Of a DNA stretch of 64,000 nucleotides, positions 14,285 to 29,421 are shown piece by piece (within the stretch, counting starts at the first letter, position 1; the number at the start of each line of letters is the position of its first letter). The stretch spans positions 494,593,675 to 494,657,674 of the forward strand of contig NC_133618.1 of assembly GCF_048593235.1 (NCBI RefSeq), read 5' to 3'. This DNA is from Sminthopsis crassicaudata. Lineage: Eukaryota. Below the pieces are notes generated by a model. That model ran no database searches. It was not told the origin of the DNA and saw only the letters and a list, made by a program, of their open reading frames with translations. The position numbers were made by a program, and so were the translations under genes.

Positions 14285-14490
14285 ATTATGAGCTGGGTGG
14301 TCCAGGCCTGGAGTCAAGAAGATCCAGACACAGACATTAGTTATGTGATCCTGTGGACCTCACTTAGACCTATTTGCTTCAGTTTCCCCACCTGTAAAAT
14401 GAACTAAAGGAGATGGCGAACCCACTCCAGTATCTTTACCAAGAAAATCCTAAATGGGGTCATGAAGACTCAAACAGGACTGAAACTGAA
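14285..14490 (+). mobile_element. CORE-SINE with RTE-derived tail (MAR1-like)
   Basis: CTGGAGTCAAGAAGA...CCTGTAAAATG...GATGGCGAACCCACTCCAGTATCTTTACCAAGAAAATCC...GGGGTCATGAAGA. Confidence 0.65.
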
Positions 14491-14517
14491 TAGCAACTAT
14501 ACATATCTATTTATATG

Positions 14518-14522
<5 letters not shown>

Positions 14523-14555
<33 letters not shown>
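14523..14555. repeat. (TA)n microsatellite
   Basis: About 16 perfect TA units. Confidence 0.95.
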
Positions 14556-14558
<3 letters not shown>

Positions 14559-15649
14559 CTTGGTAGGTAATTTCATCTGTTCTCAAGGATTCAGCTATCT
14601 TTATGCAAACGAATCTCTAGATATTCAACTACCTTTACTCGATCCTAAATTTATCTGGTAGCCGGTTGGGCATTTCCATCCAGCCATCCTGAAAACATAT
14701 CAAAATAAACATATCTAAAAAGGGAGCTTAGGTTTCCCCTCAAAGCCACTCTCTCTTCTAAAAGTTCTCATTTTTGTTTTTCCAAGATCCTTCCCCTTGT
14801 CTCATACAGCCTCTGCCCCACTTCAGACTTTTTTCAACTCTTATCTGAATCACTTGGTGGCTTTCTAATTGACTTCCCTGCCTTCAGTCAGTCATCATTA
14901 AATGCTTGTTGACTGACAGTAGTCTCTTTTCAATCAGTTCCCTGAGTAACTTCCAAACTGATACTAACGCAGATCTAAAACCATGTCATTCCCTTACAAA
15001 AAAAATGAATGGTTCCTAGTTGCCGCAAAGATAAAATATGAAATCCGCAGCCTGGGATTTAGGCCCTTAGATTTAGAGCTGGCCATATAGTCTGATAGCC
15101 TCTAAGAGATAAAGAATGAAGACTTTCAGTGATTGGGTAACTAAAGTCACATGGCTCTTTGAGAGAAGTTTCTGACTCGGGTCTTCTGAAGGCCAACTCC
15201 TGCATTGTATCCTTAGACCCAGGGGGCCTCACAGTCCGGCTCCCGCGCACCTTCCCAGTTTTATTCCCTCTGATCCCTCCCCTGCGCTCCCTTTGCACTG
15301 TACTTTTCCCAGGAACAACCCCGCGATTTGTCCCGGACACTTTTTTGGATTTCATTTCCTCTGATTTACACCTAGTTGAATCTTTCTTCAGAGTTCAGGT
15401 ATTATCTCTTCCACTCCTCCCTTCAAAGTGCTTTTATTTTGTATTTTTAATGTATTTTGTATTTATATCATTAGTTTTTATTTTTGATCGATATTTTATT
15501 TTTATAGTAGTTTTTTACTCTTTGTACATGTTTTCTTGAATGCACCTACTCTGTAGCTGTTGTGATCCCCACTAGCACAAGCAGTTCATGGAGGTTTATT
15601 CTTACTTTTTGCATCCTCAGGGCCTAGCACATAGCAGGGGCTTCATATT

Positions 15650-16420
15650 TGACTTGAGGCCTTTTCAACTTGTTCATTCTTGGGGCCGACAGGCCCAGAC
15701 GGGGAAGTGGGCTGTTAGAAAGAGAACGTGTCTTTGCGGCCCTAAGCTGCGGAGACGAGAGGCCTTCCCAGGTCCGAGAGGGTGCCGCTCCTAGCGCAGC
15801 ATCTCCGCCCCCACCCCAAATACTACCAGAGACTCAGAGAGAGGGAGGAAGGATCTCGTGGGGCGAGAACTTTTACTTTTCTACAGATTTCCATGGCATA
15901 GCCGCCATCCGGCTGTTTCCATAGTAACGCACCCTTCCTTCCGGTGCGCCGGGTCTTAGACGCCCCGCCCCTACGGGTTTTGTCCCCTCCAAGAGCGCGA
16001 ACCGCCGCTGGCGCTGCTTATAAGCCCGCCCTGAGGTGCGTCGGCGTACGCGCTGTCTACGTAGTGTAGCGAGGGGCCGTGGTTCTTCCGGAGCGGCTCT
16101 GCGGAGGGCGACCTGCGTGCTGATTGGTGGGCATGGGAGTCCGTCCGTGCTAGGGCGGCGTTCTGCTGTGAGCCCGGAAAGACGGTGGCCGAACGCCCCA
16201 GTGGGTAAGGAAAGCGTGAGGCCTCCCGGGCTCTGCCGTTCCCTCGCCCCTTGGGGTTAAAGAGTGGTAGCTCTCTGCCCTCTCTGGGAGGCCTTCGGGA
16301 GTCAGACCTGGGACCTTAAAAAAGGGGCCTGGATGCCTCTAATTCAGAGTTAGAGTAGGGTGTTCCTCGTTCCCTGCCCCGCCCCCTCCCGGGTGCCCTT
16401 ATGGATTGGGGAGGAGGGGG
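15650..16420 (+). promoter_or_regulatory. ZSWIM1 CpG-island promoter
   Basis: CpG-dense; YY1-like GCCGCCAT 15901-15908, RFX X-box GTTTCCATAGTAAC 15915-15928, ETS CTTCCGG 15938-15944, GC box CCCCGCCCC 15963-15971, TATAAG 16019-16024; candidate non-coding exon 1 donor G|GTAAGG at 16205. Confidence 0.75.
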
Positions 16421-16588
16421 TGGAGCTGGCCCTGGACCTCGCTAACCGTGCCCTTAAACAGCCCCCTTGGTGCTTCGCTTCAACTCCTGTACCTCCCCCC
16501 ACAGGCGCCTTGGCGGAAACGCGGATTGAGCCCTTTCAGGCCGAAGCTGCCCCTATCCTTTCAGGCCTTCCAGACCCTCTGTTTGCAC

Positions 16589-17971
16589 ATGGCCCTTAGC
16601 GCCCTGAAGGAGCTCCAGGCTGGAGGCCATGAACCTTTACTAGTCTTTGAGGTGGGCAGGAACTCTCAGTTAGCCTCCCTGAGCTACCAGTCTGCCATCA
16701 TGCGACGAGTCTTCATGAGGTTCCCTGAAGTGTTGTTCATACACCGGACCCCCAATCCCAGGGGCAAAATACTGTACACCTTCTTGGTGGATGGCCCCGG
16801 GGTGCAGCCTGAGTGCAGCCTGAGCAGGATCGTGTACTTCTCTGTCCCAATCAAGGAGAACATCGAGGGTTTGGTTCAGCTGTTCCAAACTTTCAAAAAG
16901 TTTAACCCTGAGTGGGAGAGAACTTGCACCATCCTAGTGGATCCCTATTTCTCTCTGTTGCCTGTTCTGGCTATGGAATTTCCATCCGCAGAGATCCTTC
17001 TGTCTGCCTTTCATGTATGTAAGTTTCTTCAGGGAAAATTCTGCCGCCTTGCCATTGAGCAGTCAGTGAAGCAGCTGCTGCTCACCAACCTGCAGCACAC
17101 TATGTGTTCAGCCACAGCCAGTAACTTGAAGAAAATGCACACTCTCCTTAGTGACTCTGTCCCCCAAGACCTGCAGCCTGACCTTCACCTGAGCTGGCTG
17201 CTAGATGACAGGATCTGGCTGGCACACAGGTGGAGGAGCAAGGCGGAGAGCATCTGCTACTTTCGGGACCTAGAGATCACAACCCGTGTCATAAGCCAAT
17301 TCTTTGGTATCGAATTGTCTTTGGAAAAGAGTATCCTTTCCCTGCTAGAGTATTTGAAGCAGAATACAGATAAAGAAGGGGCCTCCAACCTAGACCTGAG
17401 CACCCCAGCCAACTGTACCCCACCAGCACCTTCTGCAGAAATTAACAAGCTCCAAGAAGTAGAAGCCTGCATCCAACACTCCTTGCAAAACATTTGTGCT
17501 GAACCTGCTGCCCAGCTCTGCCTGGTAGAATTTGCTGTGGTTCAGAGGTCTATACAGTTGATTGGTTCAAGCACAGACAAGGTGAATGTTCAGATCCTAG
17601 AGGACATACATGAAGTACACCCTCAGGGCCCCAGCAGCTGTACCTGCCACTTCAGCCAGACATTTGGCCTGCCCTGCCGTCATATTCTGGCTGTCCTTAG
17701 CTCCCAACAGCAAGCGCTGCAGCCTGAAATGCTACCTGAACACTGGAAATCTGGCTGCAGAACACCCCCCAGAAGTGTGGCCAGCCTAGCCAGTATCCTG
17801 GGCAGCAGGTGGAATGTAGCTCTAGACAAGGAGCTATTGGTGGCATTCCTCACTGGGGAGGTGAGGCGGCTCTTACTTCAGTGCAGCCGGGAAGAATTTG
17901 AGCGACGCTACAACACCCTCCGTGAGCTGGCAGACAGCTGGATTGGGCCTTATTTTCAAGTGCAAGTGTAG
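16589..17971 (+). CDS. ZSWIM1: Zinc finger SWIM-type containing 1 (single coding exon, 460 aa from the first ATG)
   Basis: MALSALKEL...FPEVLFIHRTPNPRGKILYTFLVDGP...DDRIWLAHRWRS...SCTCHFSQTFGLPCRH...EEFERRYNTLRELADSWIGPY resembles human ZSWIM1. The ORF-track start at 16406 is TTG; the first in-frame ATG is 16589. Confidence 0.93.
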   Translation: MALSALKELQAGGHEPLLVFEVGRNSQLASLSYQSAIMRRVFMRFPEVLFIHRTPNPRGKILYTFLVDGPGVQPECSLSRIVYFSVPIKENIEGLVQLFQTFKKFNPEWERTCTILVDPYFSLLPVLAMEFPSAEILLSAFHVCKFLQGKFCRLAIEQSVKQLLLTNLQHTMCSATASNLKKMHTLLSDSVPQDLQPDLHLSWLLDDRIWLAHRWRSKAESICYFRDLEITTRVISQFFGIELSLEKSILSLLEYLKQNTDKEGASNLDLSTPANCTPPAPSAEINKLQEVEACIQHSLQNICAEPAAQLCLVEFAVVQRSIQLIGSSTDKVNVQILEDIHEVHPQGPSSCTCHFSQTFGLPCRHILAVLSSQQQALQPEMLPEHWKSGCRTPPRSVASLASILGSRWNVALDKELLVAFLTGEVRRLLLQCSREEFERRYNTLRELADSWIGPYFQVQV

Positions 17972-18605
17972 GCTGTCTTCCTTTTTCCCTGCTGGGTGTG
18001 CTCTGTGCCATGACCCACCTAGCTGTCCTTCCTCAACCCAGCTAACAGGGGGTGATGAGTATTGCCTAAGACAATGATGATCTCCAAGCCTCAGTTTTCT
18101 CAGCTATTAAATGGAGATATCCGTCTTGCTACCTGCCTCACATGATTGTTGTGAAGAAAGCATTTTCTAAACTATAAAGTGACATAGAAACAAGATTTGT
18201 TCTTAACACAGTGGGGAAAAAGGGAAGGAGTAAAGTATCCCACTACATTCCAACTTTCTTTGCAAACATTTTGTACTCTCTTAAGGATCAGCTGACCCAA
18301 TAGATGAAGAGAAAGGCTGAGACTAAATAACAGGTCAGCCCAGCTGCCCAGTCAGCTGATTCCATCCCCTCATCCCCTGTGACCAAAAAAATCTAAGAAT
18401 TTTTGCAGCCTAGGTGAGGAACTTTGTTTAGTACCCATGGTCTATGTCTCATTGTCCTGCTTGGTCCTTGTGAGTGAATCTGAGTGCTGCTTATGTCAAT
18501 ATTGCTCATTTAGAATTTTAGCTCACCACCATTCCTGGAAAAAGAGTAATGTTTGCCATTCCTATTCTATTCCCTGCCCACTGCTAGCAGGGGGAATTTG
18601 TATTG

Positions 18606-18611
18606 AATAAA
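18606..18611 (+). terminator. Candidate ZSWIM1 polyadenylation signal
   Basis: AATAAA about 635 nt after the stop codon and before the convergent SPATA25 stop. Confidence 0.5.
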
Positions 18612-18918
18612 GGTTTATAACAAAGCTACTAAGTCAAATGATTGCTGCTACCGTAGAAATAGGAAAAGAGTATTATCCTTCCTCCTCCTCCTTCCCAATC
18701 AGTTTTTGTAATCTTAAGTTATTGCATTATTTTCTGGCCAAACTCATTTCCCTGGTAAAGTGAATAAGCTTCCCAGCCCTTGGTAGTATTGAAATGCTGA
18801 TGTGTAGATATATACTCCCCAGATATTGTACCATCCCCTACAGAAATGGGTCCCCCATCTAGCTGCCCAATAACCATACAGAGAAGCCACCCAGTGAGTC
18901 TAGTGCAATTTCATCTGG

Positions 18919-20062
18919 CTACAAGCAGGAACCAGGACCCTGACTCCTTCTGGGCCCCACCAGTGGGGCCTGGCCAAGCATCATGTGAGACTGGGCCTGA
19001 CCCCACCTCCCCTCAGTAGCCCCCTCAGGCTCTGGATGGGCCATCATGAAGGCCTGGGCAGCCCGGATCATGTCCTCTTCCCTCAGGCCTGGGACAGGCA
19101 CAGTGGGGATGCCAGCAATCATCATAGCCAATGTGAGAATGCAGATGTCAGGCTGGGAACCAGGCTCTTTGCCCCCTGCCTCTTTGGGCATCAGCAGGGC
19201 CCCTGGAGATAGCCCACAGAGCAGCAGTGGCCCATGCCCCCCAAGGCTACCCATCTGCCCTCCAGCCAACTGAGGGACCCTGCCCCGTGGGCAACCATCT
19301 TCCCAGCCCAGGTTCTCAAGCTGCCTCACATGAGGAAATTTTCTGCAGTATCTGCCATGATACTCTTTCCGCCGAAGCGGCTCCCAGCCAGCCCCCCCTG
19401 GGCAGATCCCAGGCTCTGGTGTAGGTAGAGAGTGACCCCAGGACTGGGGAGCTGCCTGACGCTCAGCTTTCTGGCTTAGCGGACCTGGCCCTCCAGGGGC
19501 TACCACCACTGGCTCCATGGGACCATAGAGGCTGAGAGAGGAGTTTGGAGGGCCTGCCCCACCTGCAGAGACAGGAATGAGATAGAAAGTGATTTAAAAC
19601 CCCTATGATACCTTGAGGGTGATGCAAAACTTTAAGAACTGGCTGGGATCCAGCAAAGGGGAAGTTCAGGTCATCAAACATTTTTAACATTTATATGGTC
19701 TAAAATTAGAAAGGGCCCTTAGAGATCATCTAGGCCAGTGCCCTCATTTTTCAGATAAGGCAGTCCAGAGACATTAAGTAAATTGCATTAGGGTACATAA
19801 ATAAATGATAGAGCTGGGATTTGGTTAGGTATTCTCACTGTTCAAAAAAGTTTCAGTGTCTAGGTGCCACCTTGCCTTTACCTTTGGGAGAGCAGCTTTA
19901 AGGCTATACTTTCCCAGGAGGGATAGCAACATCCTGGGACACAGCATATAGGTGACAACATGCCAAGGTAGTCTTGTTCCTCTAATCCAAAGAAACCATC
20001 ATCTTACCTTGGCCAGAAGTAAGGAGACCCGAATGAGCTCTCTGTGTCATGAAGTAGGACAT
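18919..20062 (-). CDS. SPATA25: Spermatogenesis-associated 25; 2 coding exons 20062-20008 (55 nt) and 19562-18919 (644 nt), 232 aa
   Basis: Exon 1 [18 protein letters not shown] then G|GTAAG; acceptor CTGCAG|GT; [24 protein letters not shown] and [15 protein letters not shown] are essentially as in human SPATA25; C-terminal PGSCL*. Confidence 0.93.
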
Positions 20063-21163
20063 GGCTCCCACAGGGGCCCCAGGTTGTGAGGGAACAGTAG
20101 GACAATTCCTTCATGTCCTACCCCACTCACCCTTCTAGAACCCACCTCACAACCCTAGGCTGTGTTAGCTGGAATCTACCTCATAGAACTGGCTTGTCCA
20201 TTCTAGAACCAGTGTACCTCTCTGTGCTCAACCGAGGCAAAGGACTGCCTGTGGAACATTGACAGTGCTGTGTTGTGGAAAAAGTAGCATTTGGGGAGTC
20301 ACACAACATGGGTTGTTCAAACCTATGCTCCTTATCTGTGTGACCCTGGCCAAGTCATTTAACCGTAGCCTAAGTATCCTTATTTTTAAAAGAAAAGTAT
20401 TGGACTAGATCCCCAATGTGCTTCCCAGTTCTAAATCTTCTCATCTTTTGATTAGGAATCTAGAGATTTGAAGGGAAGGGGGGAGGGGTCTAGACCTGGT
20501 CCTACTACTAACCTGCTACTGAGTTTAGGCACAACACTAAGTCTGGCTCATCTAAAATGGGCTGTCAAAGGACCAAATCAGGCAATTGGCTGGCCTCAGG
20601 GCACATGAGCTAAGAATTTTTACATTTTTTGAAATGTAAAAACCATTCTAGATGGGGGTATAAAAAAAAAAAAAAGTTGACTCATAGTTATCAATGACTC
20701 CTGCTCCTAGAACTAGAGCTATGTATTATATTGTTTCCAGTCCTAAGATGTCTAGTAGAATAGAAACACTGAACCAAACCCTACTTCGCCCTCCCTCCCC
20801 CCAACTAGGAGATTTGGATTCTTGTCCTGGTTTTATAAAATAAATAGGTATTTTTGCCCAAATCATTTCAACTCCCCATCTTTTGATTTCACCATCTATA
20901 TATTCACCCTTGCCTAGCCTACTTCACAGATGTTTTGAGAATTTATATGAAAATTTGAAAAATATGAGACACTGGGTGTACATTAGAAGATGTACCTAAG
21001 AATCATCCAAATGTGAAATCATCATTTCTTTTATTATATCTTTTAGCAGGGTGGCCCTGAAGGGCTAATTTTACAATAGGGCAAATTCTTTCAAAGATCT
21101 GGCCTTAAGTAAGGGCACTGGGGGTAGGCGTTCCTGAGGCTAAGACACCAGGCACTAGGGAAT

Positions 21164-21169
21164 TTTATT
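21164..21169 (-). terminator. NEURL2 polyadenylation signal
   Basis: TTTATT on the plus strand (AATAAA on minus), 43 nt after the stop codon. Confidence 0.7.
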
Positions 21170-21211
21170 GCTATCTGTACTCAGACCTGCCAACTGGAGG
21201 TCAAGAAGACC

Positions 21212-23356
21212 TCACTCATACTTGCAGAAATCCTTGAGGCCCGTGGGCAGGTACAGGCCATCTATGTCAAGTCGATGTATCACATTTCTCTGAATGACAA
21301 TGCGGCACAGGGTCTGAAGGGAAGGCACTACAGAGAAAAAGAAAGATGAATTAGTGATAAGGATCCCAGGCTGGCCTTCATTTGCTTTGGAGATTGTCAG
21401 TTGTAGCCTGGGGAAAATGGATCTAAACTAGGAGTCTGGAGACCTGGATTCATGTTTCAATGTTTACTTGGTTGAATCATTTTATGGTTTTGCCCCTATT
21501 TCTCCAGGCATAAAACTGGAACATCTTCCAATCTACCTTACTAACTATGAAAGTACTTTGAAAAGTGGGGCACCACACAGGCATTCAAAGCTTTCACAAC
21601 CAGGTATCTTATCAGCTTTCCAAATTCATCTTATTACTGCCCTCACAAAGGTGTATTGGATTCACTGATAAATTTATCATTTTCATTATTATGTATATAC
21701 ATATATAATGATAATATGTATATATAAATTATCAATAAAATGAAAAATTTATCATCATTATGATAACTTACCTTCTTTCATCTCTGGGCCTTTCCTCATA
21801 TCATATCTCATACCTGAAGTAGCTTCTCTTTGAAATCCACACCATTTAAAGATCACACAAAGCCTTCTTTGATCTCCCTAGCTGGAAGTAATCTCTGCTT
21901 TTTGGGATCTCTCATTTTGTGTGCAAAATGTATTTATTATACATTATAATTTTCTGGGAATATATCAACTTCCTTCCCTATTCCCCCCCCCCCCCCCACT
22001 ACTGGCTCCCTGAAAGCCAATGGTTCCTTTTTTATTTTTTTTTAATCATATTTAGTCCTATTCACTCAAGTTCTCTCTGATCATGGCATTAAGGTAACAG
22101 CTAAACCAAGCAGAGCAACAGCTGCTAATCTGCAAAAGATTCCATGGTACTATATCTAATAATAGTAATTCAAACAGCTCAGACCTATAGTATTGTTTTC
22201 CTAATGGTCATTCTATAAAGAATAAAAAGTATCTTAACTGCTTATTTTTCTAGCCCTTTAATGTTTAGAAAGTGCCCCTGTTACCTTGTATCACAGTGGA
22301 TTGGGTTATAGCCATTTTACAGATGAGGAAACTGGGGCTTGGGTAAATTTCGTGATCATGATGTTGCTGGTCCTAGTCTTCCTCTAAGAAACTTACAATA
22401 TACTGTCTGATTAGTGTAGTATTATGACTTTGGTTAAGTCTCAATTTCCTTAGCTATAAAAAGAGGAGCTTGGACTAGTGATCTCTAGGTTTCCCTTTTC
22501 AGTTTCATCTCCTATAATGCCCCTTTTACAAATGAGGAAAGGAAGAATTGGGGGGATGATAGACTGATCTGATAATTAGTAATTCCAACTCAGGCCTTCT
22601 GCAGCACTGGGCAATCCTATACCTACACCCATATTCCAGCTGGACCAGGCGAACGCTCTTGGTGGACGCGAAGACATCAACCACAGCATAGAGGGGCTGG
22701 GTGGTGGGTAGCCCTCGGGCGCTGGGGCCCATATCCTCCCCGTTAATGAGGATATGCATGTCGGCCGTGCCATCTGGCCGCGGGCAGAAGAGCACCCCGA
22801 GGCGGCTGCGCCGCGCCGTGGGTGGCAGTACGTTGAGCTCATACAGCTGGTCCAGAAGGTGACTGTAACGGCCCGGCCGGCTACGGCCCACCAGGCGGTC
22901 GCGGGGTATCCGCAGCTGTTCGATGTGCAAATAGGGCTCGTCCAGCAAACCGGGTGGACGGCTCGGCGCCTCTTCCTCTTGGCCCTCGGTGACCACGCGG
23001 TTGTGGTGGCGAGTGATGGCAAAGACCCAACTCCGGCCCAGACTGACCAGATCAGGCAACGAGTATTCTGGCACCGGGGCCAGACTGCCGGGGTCCAAGG
23101 CGGTCAGGCCCAGGCGCAGGTGGCCGCACCAGCCCAGCTCCTTTTCCTCAATTTCCACCAGGAATACCTGGCCCGGTGCCAGCGGCTCGCGGCTGAAACA
23201 CAAGCCGTTCGCGAAGCTCTCCACGCGGGTGGCCCGCGTCCCCGACGGGTCCACGCGGATGTTAACCCCGTGGACCTCATGGAAACGGGTCGGGGGCGGC
23301 TCTCTGTACGGAGCGTCTCCGGCAGGGACCGGGACACCTTCTGGGGCCGCCGCCAT
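21212..23356 (-). CDS. NEURL2: Neuralized E3 ubiquitin ligase 2 (Ozz); exons 23356-22627 (730 nt) and 21327-21212 (116 nt), 281 aa
   Basis: NHR domain PPTRFHEVHGVNIRVDPSGTRATRVESF...VVDVFASTKSVRLVQLEYG; donor T|GTAGGT; exon 2 encodes the SOCS box LPSLQTLCRIVIQ...LPTGLKDFCKYE*. Confidence 0.96.
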
Positions 23357-23359
23357 CTG

Positions 23360-23970
23360 CCCGTTGCAGTGGGGTAGGCGGGCGCCAGGGGCTATTTTGA
23401 GCCCCGGGGCCGGGCCCGGATTTGGAGAGGGCCATGTAGGTTCCCGAGGGTCTCCCGACGGAGGCGGGACTGGCCTGGGGTCCTAGCGCCGCCCGCTACG
23501 TAGCCGACTCCGACCGAGGGCGGGCACAGACGGAACGCGACCCCTCCCCACCCCACTACCCTGGGCCTGGAGGAGGAGGAACTGTGCCTGCAAGCGCGGG
23601 AGGGGTGCGAGTTCACCCAAAAGCAAGCCGGGGAGGTGGGCTCTCCCTACTCGTGACTGTCGACCTGATTAGTGATCAGCTGATCCGGACAGATCATGTG
23701 ATCGGGGCACATCACGTAATCTCACGTTCATGTGACAGCCGTCCTCACCTGTATGCCCGAGAGAGCCGCGGGACCGGCCAGACGTACTCGGAGAGCAAGG
23801 TGAGCGGAGCTCGCTACCGCTGCGGAATCGGAGCCTCTCTCCTCGCAGCCCCGGCGCGGGGAAGTCGGGAGGGGGTGGAGTGCAGTGGGAAGCCCGACCT
23901 CGATTTCTCGAGTGTTGCCGGCTTCTGCCGAGAGGAAGTGCCATCCTGTAAGCACCTCGTCTCCCCGCAG
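23360..23970. promoter_or_regulatory. Bidirectional CpG-island promoter of NEURL2 and CTSA, including CTSA non-coding exon 1 (donor at 23800)
   Basis: Head-to-head ATGs at 23356 (-) and 23971 (+); TCATGTGA at 23694-23701 and 23728-23735; TCACGT at 23712 and 23722; palindrome GATCAGCTGATC 23674-23685; GGAGAGCAAG|GTGAGC donor. Confidence 0.85.
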
Positions 23971-28789
<4,819 letters not shown>

Positions 28790-29234
28790 GTCCCATCTTA
28801 CCCTGCAGTGGAAGATGGAGAGCCAGCCAACCAGCAACCCTTCCCTTCTGCCTAGGGATGAGGCCTGGTCCTGCTTGGCTGAAGTCTCTCTGGCTGGCCA
28901 AACTAAGTCTCTTAGTTGGTCAGAATCAGGCCCAGGCCTGCAGGGGTTGGGATTCAAATTGTATCCAAATTTCCCACGTGGAATTAATCAGGGTTTTGAG
29001 TAGGGGGATTAATTTGAGCTATTTGAAGGGGTGAGTTGACACTGGTTTATTCTTTAGGGTAGACCTTTCTGGGGTATGGGGTACTAGGGTATCCCCTGAA
29101 TGTCACCACTCATCATGCACTATTCCCTACCCAATGTTGAGCTCAGGACTATGCACATATCACCTATATAGGAACCGGAGTTGGGGATGGGAGGGAGAGG
29201 GGAGAGAAGGGCAGGGCTTGACTGTGATTGTGGG

Positions 29235-29396
29235 AATAAAAGTCCAAAGCCCAACTTCTGTCTCTGAGTCCTGACTGGGAAAAGGGGGTGGGGAGGGCTT
29301 TATTGAAAGAGCAGGGATTGATTCCAGTACATTTTGAAAGAGAAAAAGGGGAGGTTGAACTTTTCATGAATCAAAGCGTGGACTTGCTTGAATAAA
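29235..29396. terminator. Convergent polyadenylation cluster: CTSA AATAAA at 29235-29240 and 29391-29396 (+); PLTP AATAAA at 29304-29299 (-)
   Basis: Hexamers read directly between the CTSA stop (28789) and the PLTP stop (29422). Confidence 0.7.
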
Positions 29397-29421
29397 TGTT
29401 TGGCACCTCCTGGAAACCTGT

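Noticed and set aside
15059-15539. 126-aa hydrophobic ORF and its 98-aa antisense partner
   Set aside because: The hydrophobic tail comes from a low-complexity T-rich tract; TTG start, no homology recognised.
22526-22626. C-terminal extension of the 276-aa NEURL2 ORF (CRYRIAQ...)
   Set aside because: Intron read-through; the SOCS-box exon at 21327-21212 is the real C-terminus.
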